Source: Octopus vulgaris (lineage: Eukaryota). Taken from it: a stretch of 64,000 nucleotides of DNA. The position numbers and the translations under genes are program-made. The notes beneath the pieces are model-generated. The model saw nothing but the letters and a program-made list of their open reading frames with translations, searched no databases and had not been told where the DNA came from. The DNA is taken from positions 40,796,001-40,860,000 of the forward strand of contig OX597818.1 of the NCBI GenBank assembly GCA_951406725.2, in the 5' to 3' direction. Below, one piece after another: positions 55,321 to 64,000 of the stretch. Each line of letters starts with the position of its first letter. The first letter of the stretch is position 1.

Positions 55321-56078
55321 GGTGGTGGTGGTGGTGGTGGTGGTGGTGGTGGTGGTGGTGGTGGTTTTGGTGGTGATGGTTGTGGTTTGGTGATGGTAAT
55401 GGTGTCGGTGGCGGCGGTGATGATGGTGGTAGTGTTGGTGACCGTGGCGATGAGGTGGTTATGGCGGTTATGGTGGTGGTGGTGGTGGTGGTGATAGTAG
55501 TAGTAGTAGGAGGAGGAGGAGGAGGAGGACGAGGATGAGGACGAGGAGGTAGAAGAGGGAGGAGGAGGAGGAGGGGAAAGAAAAGGGGAGAGGAGGAGTG
55601 GTGGTAATAGTTGCAGCGGTGATGGTGATGGATGTTGCGGTCATGGTAGTAGTAGTGGTGGTGAAGGTGGTGGTGGTGGTGCCGTAGTAGTAGTAGTAGT
55701 AGTAGTAGCAGCAGCAGAGTCTCAGAAGTGTGGCTATTCCTCCATTTGAACATAGATCTATCTGCCAACGTACATCACTTCGTTCGCCCTTCCGCAGCGA
55801 TTACCACCGCTTTCCTAATTTCGTTGTTATTTTCCTGTTTGTATATATTTTCCAATATCATTACTTTTATATTTCTGCTTCTTTAAAGAATTATTTACTT
55901 CGTTGTCCAAACATTATTTTAATATTTTTATTTTCACTTCCATTTATATTTTTATCTATTTGTTTATTCCTTTTCACTTCTTTCTTCTTTTTTTTTACTT
56001 CTTACACCTAGAATTTAAGTCCCCAAAACATGAATCTCAGGGCGAGTCAAATTGTCGCATGCGTATATGGGCACGTTG

Positions 56079-56168
<90 letters not shown>

Positions 56169-56379
56169 ATAGATACATAGATGCGTATTTTTATTTTATT
56201 TATTTATCTAGTTTCAGTTCACAAGCTGTGGCCATGCCGAGGCACCGCCATTTGGTGTTGCTACATGATTTTACTTCACGAATGCTTTTTAGCAATTGCC
56301 ATTTGGTGCATGAAAGAGTTCGATGCAGCTACCCTCATCTGCACCTCCTACCGTATATATGTATATATGTAATATATTC

Positions 56380-56570
56380 TTTTATTCTTTTACTTGTTTC
56401 GGTCATTAAAACCGCCTTTAGTAAAAAAAATCGATCCTAAGGCTTATTATTTGTAAGCCTAGTACTTATTCTATCGGTCTCTTTGTCGAACCGCTAAGTT
56501 ACGGGGACGTAAACGCACCAGCATCGGTTGTCAAGCAGTTGGACAAACGCTGACACATACACACACAAAT
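56380..56570 (-). mobile_element. SINE family A 3' half
   Basis: ttgtaagcctagtacttattctatcggtctc...gcatcggttgtcaagc. Confidence 0.85.
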
Positions 56571-56617
56571 ATATACACCCAGAGATACATACATACATAC
56601 ACACATACATACATACA

Positions 56618-56712
<95 letters not shown>

Positions 56713-56867
56713 CATATAATAGACCTTTATATAAATAAATAACGTGAAATACACGAAGGGACGAACAAAAAGACAAACGGGTCAATCAAAGCCTTCATTC
56801 TTCAGTCAGAAACTGATCCCTCATCGCAGATTTCGGCTGTTTAATTCTGAGATCCGCTCTGAATCAG

Positions 56868-56920
<53 letters not shown>

Positions 56921-56921
<1 letters not shown>

Positions 56922-57184
56922 AGGCGCAATGGCCCAGTGGTTAGGGCAGCGGTCGTAGGATCGAGGTTTCGATTCCCAGACCGGGCGTTGTGAGTGTTTA
57001 TTGAGCGAAAACACCTTAAAAGCTCCACGAGGCTCCGGCAGGGGGTGATGATCCCTGCTGTACTCTTTCACCACTCTTTCTTTCACTCTTTCTTCTGTTG
57101 GTCTGCTCACTTAGCGAACGCATTGTGACCAGCGATGTGTAACTACATCTGATGGACTGGTCGGTCACGTGACGTGTCACGTGA
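56921..57184 (+). mobile_element. SINE family C (tRNA head, tail type 2)
   Basis: gaggcgcaaTGGCCCAGTGGttagg (A box), GGTTTCGATTCCC (B box-like); tail ...ggtcggtcacgtga as at 1781-1898. Confidence 0.85.
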
Positions 57185-57225
57185 TATATATATATATACA
57201 CGAATATTCGTGTATATATATACAC

Positions 57226-57267
<42 letters not shown>

Positions 57268-57599
57268 GTATGTATGTATATATGCACGCATACATACGTA
57301 CATATATATAACGAACTAACTGTTACTTTCTCAGATGCAGCACGGATTTTTGTCAGTGAACAGGTCGCGGTCTTAAAGCGACGAAAATATTTTGACTTGA
57401 ATCGAACGGCTTTTGTGTGTTTCTTGAACATAATATGACATTATTTCGTGTCACCTACTATGCATCTTTTCACTTGTCTGTGTTTTATATGCCTTGTGTG
57501 TGTGAATGTATATATATATATATCTCTCTCTCTCCTTCTCTCCCTCCCTCTCTCTCTCTCCCCTCTCTCTCCCTACATATATATATATTATATGGAAAA

Positions 57600-58050
57600 G
57601 GATGCGTGGCGTTCGATCATATGATAATATATATAAATATATGCATATATACATGCATATATGTACATACCTACAAATATATGTATATATACATGCATAT
57701 ATAGGTACAGGACATCGAAAAAAACGTTAAACACAATGAGAAACGAAAACATAAAAACAAAAACGTAGAAACGAACTTTTTTCGAACAACGAAAAAAACA
57801 GAGAAACGAGACAGGCAACATAAAGAATATTCCCCTTCTTCAGTTGTCCCTGTTTCATCTACTCTGTAATTCGAAGGCAAGGACAAGACGCCACTTCGTT
57901 GAAACAGTCCTTCCCGCAAAGCAAATTAAATAAAATTTGGGATTTTTTGCGGAGGGTGAAAGTGGTTACAAGAATAGGACAGTGAGAACAAAACAATAAA
58001 AACAAACGGTGTGGGTTGTTAAGCCAAGACGATAGAAAAATTATTATGAA
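57600..58050. mobile_element. Interspersed repeat (pLTR-like), homologous to 11636-11980
   Basis: gatgcgtggcgttcgatcat, ggtacaggac, aaacagagaaacgagacag and aggacagtgaga are shared. Confidence 0.6.
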
Positions 58051-58082
58051 CGCTAGGAAGACGAGCTTATGAGAGGAGACAG

Positions 58083-58145
<63 letters not shown>

Positions 58146-58318
58146 GGTAATGGTGTCAAGATGACCCAAAGGTGTCAGGTAATGCTGAGTAAGTGCTACG
58201 GACTGACTATGCGAATGAAGAGTCCAACGTGGGTCATATATCAGCATGTGTATAAAATTAACAGACTAAGATAAAAATCCAAGGTAGTGAAAGTTTTCAG
58301 AGCATTTATAAATAGAAG

Positions 58319-58366
58319 GTCTTACAGTTGTTTCCGGGATATTTTATATATCCCTTCATCGGAGAC
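58319..58366 (-). ncRNA. Hammerhead ribozyme motif (U4C)
   Basis: Minus: GTCT-CCGATGA-A-GGGATAT ataaa ATATCCC-G-GAAAC-AACT-GTA-AGAC. Confidence 0.75.
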
Positions 58367-58465
58367 GGTGTGAGAAAATGGTTAAGAAATAGTTATTCTA
58401 GATAATATCGCTATCCATTTCATATCTTATCTAGAATATCTATTGCTTAACCATTTTCTCTCACC

Positions 58466-58513
58466 GTCTCCGATTAAGGGATACATAAGATATCCTGGAA
58501 ACAGCTGTAAGAC
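58466..58513 (+). ncRNA. Hammerhead ribozyme motif (U4C, G8U)
   Basis: GTCT-CCGATTA-A-GGGATA cataaga TATCCT-G-GAAAC-AGCT-GTA-AGAC; palindromic ACAGCTGT stem III. Confidence 0.65.
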
Positions 58514-58669
58514 CTGTTTATAAATGTTCTGAAATCTTTCACAGCCTTGGATTTTCATATCATTCTGTTAATTTTACATATATATATATATTTACGTATG
58601 TGTATGTATATACCAGCGTGTGTGTGTGTGAGTGTGTGTGTGCGTCTTTGTGCTTGCGTTTGTCACCAC

Positions 58670-58890
58670 CTATTTCTTTACTACCCACAAGGGGCTAAAC
58701 ACAGAGAGGACAAACAAGGTCAGACAAACGGATTAAGTCGATTATACCGACCTCAGTGCGTAACTGTTACTTATTTAATTGACCCCGAAAGGATGAAAGG
58801 CAAAGTCGACCTCGGCGGAAATTGAACCCAGAACGTAACGGCAGACAAAATACCGCTAAGTATTTCGCCCGGCGTGCTAACGTTTCTGCC
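58670..58890 (-). mobile_element. SINE family B copy
   Basis: gaccccgaaaggatgaaaggcaaagtcgacctcggcggaa...gcccggcgtgctaacgtttctgcc. Confidence 0.85.
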
Positions 58891-59609
58891 TGCTCTGTCC
58901 CTGTTTGCGTAGCCGAGCGGTTCAACAGAAAATATCGATAGAATAAGTACGGAGTTTTTTTGTTTTTTTTAAAGAGATTAAGTGGGGTCGATTCGTTGAA
59001 GGTAGTGCCCCGGAATGGCCACAGTCTAATGACTGAAAGAAGTGAAAAAGTAAAAAAAGAGGTCGGAATGGTCACGGCCGGCCGGGTCATGGTTGACTTG
59101 AGTTTAAAAAAATAACTATATGTATGTGTCCTCACATTTCTCTTCGCTGTGCAAACAATTCAGTGAGAAGTGACATATATAGCAGAAGACACAAGTTATT
59201 GGCAGGCGAGTTGTTAGTTTTGTCGTTCGGATATCTTAACGGCTAAACTGCCTGACAGATGAATGAATCAACGAATATATGAATGACTGGAATGGAATGG
59301 GTGATTTGTGTGAATGGAAGCAAATTTACTACGCCGCGTGTGCGCATGCACCAACGCAGCTCCCTCGTTTGCGATCGTGTCGTTTTGTCAACGTCACTGA
59401 AAAGCATGTGAATGAATGTATGTATGTATGTATGTATGTATGTATGTATGTATGTATGTATGTATGTATGTATGTATGTATGTATGTATGTATGTATGTA
59501 TGTATGTATGTATGTATTTATGTATTTATGTTTGTATGTATGTGTGTATGTATGTATTTATGTATGTATTTGTGTATGCAAGTATGTATGTGAAAGCGCA
59601 CGGCTTACT

Positions 59610-59684
59610 GGTTGTGAGTGGATTTGGTAACGGAAACTGAAAGAAGCCCGTCATATATATATGTGGGTGTGTGTATGTGTGTGT

Positions 59685-59739
<55 letters not shown>

Positions 59740-59950
59740 CGTGTGTATATGTATGTATGTATCTGTGTTTGTCCTCCCACCATCGCTTGACAACCGATGT
59801 TGGTGTGTTTACGTCCCCATAATCTAGCTGTTCGGCAAATAAGACCGATATAATAAGTACTAGGCTTACAAAGAATAAGTCCTGGGATCGATTTTCTCAA
59901 CTACAGGCAGTGCTCCAGCATGGTCGTTGTCAAATGACTGAATGAAAGAA
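59610..59950 (+). mobile_element. SINE family A, 5'-truncated
   Basis: ttgtgagtggatttggta.cggaaactgaaagaagcccgtc + microsatellite + 3' half. Confidence 0.85.
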
Positions 59951-59994
59951 GATACATACATACACACACAAATACACACACACACACACATATA

Positions 59995-60084
<90 letters not shown>

Positions 60085-60098
60085 TATTGATATATATA

Positions 60099-60990
60099 CG
60101 TGATTTGATCAATAAGTACCCGCACTGTACCTATAGTAACGAAGCTAAAGCCCGCAGAGTAAAGCCGCTTGGCACAGACTGACCTTGAACTCTGTTGTAC
60201 ATTCACACTAAGTTTTAACGTTCTAGCTCACTTTTGCTGTTTGCAGCACTTCTTGGAAGGAACGCGTGTAGCGTTTGATCGTCGCAATGAACATGACAGA
60301 GAAAGTTAAGCAGACAATCTGCATCAAATTTTGCCAAAAGCTTGGCGATACCTGCTCAGAGGCCTACGCAAAGTTTTCAAAATATTCTCATCGTTCTCAA
60401 CACAATCAAGGTGATCTTGTGCAACTGAAACCAGAGTGTCTTTTTGGCCAGCTGAAAGCAGTTTGGCACACACTTGGTAGACAGGCGTCTCGTACCCAAA
60501 TCTTCAGTGATAATTGTCTGAACTGACCGTAACTAATCTTCACAACCTCTGATAACTCACGGGTGGTGATTCGATGATTTCCCCTCATGGCTGCCCGTAC
60601 GTCTACGATGTTTTTCTCAGTTCTGCTGGTTGCGGGTCTCTCAGAACATTCGTCAACATCGACATTTTTCGGCCATCTTGAAAATGTCTGAACCACTCGT
60701 ACACTTGTGTGCGACTCATACACTCCTCTCCATACACTTTCTGCAACTTTGCACAGGCCTTTGAGCAGGTGTCACCATGACAACTTTCTCTGTCATGGTC
60801 AATGCGACGATTACACGCAACACACGATCATTCCAAGCACTGCTGTAAACAGGGTAAGCGAGCTAGAACGTTAAGACTTGGTGCGCATGCCCAACAGAGT
60901 TCAAGGTCAATCTTTGTCACGCATCTTCACTCTGCGTGCATTAGCCTCGTTACTATAGCAACAGTCCGGATACTTACTGATCAGACCTCG
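60099..60990. mobile_element. Mariner-derived non-autonomous element made of two inverted 5' ends
   Basis: TA|cgtgatttgatcaataagta...tacttactgatcagacctcg|TA with ~280-bp inverted arms. Transposase N-terminus MTEKVKQTICIKFCQKLG on +, and HTH region ..DECSERPATSRTEKNIVDV...RITTRELSEVVKISYG on -. Confidence 0.9.
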
Positions 60991-61021
60991 TATACACACA
61001 CACATACACACACACGCACAC

Positions 61022-61357
<336 letters not shown>

Positions 61358-63501
61358 AGTATATAAGTTCCAAAAATTAAACAGAATCACAGTAAAGGAA
61401 CAAGGAATAAGTGGAAAATTCACTCAAAGATACGATAGTTGCTCTTTCCTTGTCAGTTAATGTTCAAAATATCCTGACAATTTCACGCCTTTGACGATAA
61501 TATTGCTCATTTTTGGTGGCGCCAAAAGCGAGATGTTGCTGGGAATAGTGAGTGAACAGTGACGAAAGCAAACGCGACACAAATGTGAATATTCAACCAA
61601 AACGAATATACAAGATACAAGCAAAATAAAGCCGTAGGACTCTAAGACGAGAGAAATATATAAATACGCAAAGGAAAATGTTCTATTAGATGGGAAACGG
61701 AAAGAAGACAGATGGGAAAACAGAATGAAAGGTGAAAAGAAACGAACAGTGAAAAAAAATTGAGCGGTGATAAAAAAAACAACGGAGGAAAAAACGAACT
61801 GGGAGCGAAAGAAATGAGACTGAACAACGCAGCGGCCAAGCAAGAAAGGAAATGGGACAAAGAGATGGGAATGGTCACGGGTCACATGATAGTGAGAGGA
61901 GAGAGAAAAAGTGGTGGAGGGCAGAGGGGCAGAAAGTAACTAAGAGGTAAGTTACTGAGAGAAAGAAGGAAAGATGAGGTAAGCAAAAAAGAGAAAAAAC
62001 AGCTAGAAAGAGACGTTTCCCATAAAAAAAAAAATGTCTGCCAAACAGAAATGAAAATGATGCGTAGCGTTACGTTTAATAATAAATTCCAAAAGTTAAG
62101 CAGAAATACTACAAAGTAACAAACGGAAAATTCACACAGAAAACATACTTTCCTCGTCAGTTATCGTCCCAAAAGTCGTTAAACATTTGGTAGGTTCTCG
62201 CATAAGTAATAAAGTGAGTTTGATATCTTCAATTACCTAAGATTACCTAAGCAACTCACAGACAATATATACATGATCATAAGATCAAAACGTGTCAGTC
62301 GCTTTCACTCTTTGTATTGAAGATTAGATCCAGTTCAATCTGCACTTTTCATTGCCCAAAAATTTCACTCAACTGGCCTTTTGTGAGTTGTCTCCCTTGT
62401 ATATACTATTTAGATTTACCACCTAAAGATTTGGCGCCTATTTCAATTGCTGAGATATTCTCAAATGATTTTTTTTTATCTTACTGTATTACAAGTGCGA
62501 GCCTCTACTGAATTTGCTTTTAGTAAGCAGAACACACCATTAAGTTATACCCGCACGGCATATTGTTTTATTGTTGTTAGTGAATAAGACTTAAGATTTG
62601 GAGATAATTATACTGCTATCGCTAATTACCCAGCTATATCATAGTTTATCCAAGGGAGTAACTACGATATAGAAGGAAGTACAAGAGAAAACAACCTTTA
62701 AGGTGGGACGCAACTGGGTGGTCATTGAACCAAATGTTGAGTTGCTGTTCGATGTTCTTACGCAAAGCCACAAATATATGAAGCACTCAAGCACACACAG
62801 TATGCTCGCGCGCGCGAGTGTGTCTGTGTATGTGTGTGGGTGTGTGTATGCGTACGCTAGGAACATTTATGGTTGTGCATAGAAAGGCAGTATACGTGAC
62901 AAAGGGAAAAAACTAAGGTTGTGACTTGGCAAGGTCGTTAAAGCGGTGGACAAAATGCCTTGCGGGGCTCTCTACGTGCTGAGTTCAGATGACACCGAAG
63001 TCAACCTCGGTGTCATCTGAACCTTTTATTCTTTCGGGGCTGAGAAAAGAAAGTACCATTTCAGAGCAGTGGATTGATGCGTTTGTTAGAGCATCGGATG
63101 CAATGATTTCTGGCTCTTCGCGCTTTTTAGCAGTCTGAGTTCTTAGGAGGTTACTAGTTACCTGGTTTAACACTACGCAGTTCCTATGTGACTTTACCAG
63201 AGTCTACGCTGTAACAAGCATTCAAGTTTCCTATCAAATTTAGGGACACCGTTCTCGCTTTCTTCGAACAGTTTCATAAAACTATGTCATGGCCACACCC
63301 TTTACCCCACTGACTAAAGGGTAACGAAAGAGAAAAACCTCAGAATGTAGCATTGTTGTTAGACGTGTTGTAAGGTCAGATGTAATGTAATAGATAGATC
63401 ACAAACAGGGAAAAGTTATATACTGTGAGAACAAGGGAAAATCAAACGCTTTGCACTTGGTCCTTAATCTGAGGCGCGGACAATTTCTACCAACACTAAC
63501 T

Positions 63502-63667
63502 GGCGAAGGTATAGAATACGCACACCACCCATTTTCGGCGTTTGAGGTTAGGGTTAGGGTTAGGGTTAGGTTTAGGATTAGGGTTAGGGTTACGTTTAGG
63601 GGTAGGGTTAGGGTTAAGATAAGGGTTACGCCAAAAACGGGGAGTGTGCGTATTCTTCAACTCCGCC
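63502..63667. mobile_element. Short MITE with ~40-bp TIRs around a (TTAGGG)n core
   Basis: ggcgaaggtatagaatacgcacac..ccc.tttt.ggcgt / acgccaaaaacgggg.gtgtgcgtattcttcaactccgcc, enclosing about 13 telomere-like hexamers. TSD unclear. Confidence 0.8.
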
Positions 63668-64000
63668 CACCATTACATATTTAGAGTATTGTATAGAACT
63701 ATATTATCTATAGCTTTTCAAACGATAGGGTTGGAGGATGTTTGGCTGCTATTTCTACTACAAAAGACTACATCATTCACTCTAAGTAAGTAAAAGTTTT
63801 GTCATTTTACCCACACGTCAAGCTTAATTGAGTGGTGAACAGACGAATGTTCAAAGTCGTTCCAGATATGGCTGTCTATAAAACTTTTCTTTCCTTTTCT
63901 TTTCGTTTCCTTTTCTCTTCGTTTCTATTTTTCTTTTTTTTTTTTTCATTTTTTGTATACCAAGGACGACACTCAAGCATCCCTTTCAGACAGTCCGGTG

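Larger units (their letters stand above)
58253..58576. repeat. ~320-bp fold-back element with a hammerhead in each arm
   Basis: Arms of ~150 bp pair throughout (aaaatccaagg/ccttggatttt, ggagacggtg.gagaaaatggttaag/cttaaccattttctc.caccgtctcc, ttctagataa/ttatctagaa). Confidence 0.92.

Noticed and set aside
63545-63628. True telomere or chromosome-fusion scar
   Set aside because: Short, degenerate and enclosed by TIRs, so it is part of a MITE.

Overview
Eukaryotic, AT-rich, microsatellite-saturated genomic DNA. The SINE repertoire and (TA)n/(TACA)n/(TAGA)n density suggest an octopus or other coleoid cephalopod (inference, not verified). Almost all ORFs in the supplied track are microsatellite artefacts. 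Recognisable content: three or four tRNA-derived SINE families (one forming tandem multimers); fragments of R4/Dong, CR1 and L1/Tx1 LINEs; two Neptune-type Penelope-like elements (RT + GIY-YIG); three Helitrons (one with a PIF1 helicase broken by an inversion); a fold-back mariner derivative; and two TIR MITEs carrying telomeric (TTAGGG)n. The only host-gene candidate is a repeat-free island at about 31.0-33.4 kb with an unexplained 185-codon ORF. The most interesting signal is a dispersed set of minimal hammerhead-ribozyme motifs in short elements inserted in (TA)n tracts. Several lie inside fold-back hairpins, one with a hammerhead on each strand, and their catalytic cores show compensatory changes at the 3:8 tertiary pair (C-G, U-A, A-U). 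Coordinates were counted by hand and may be off by a few bases.
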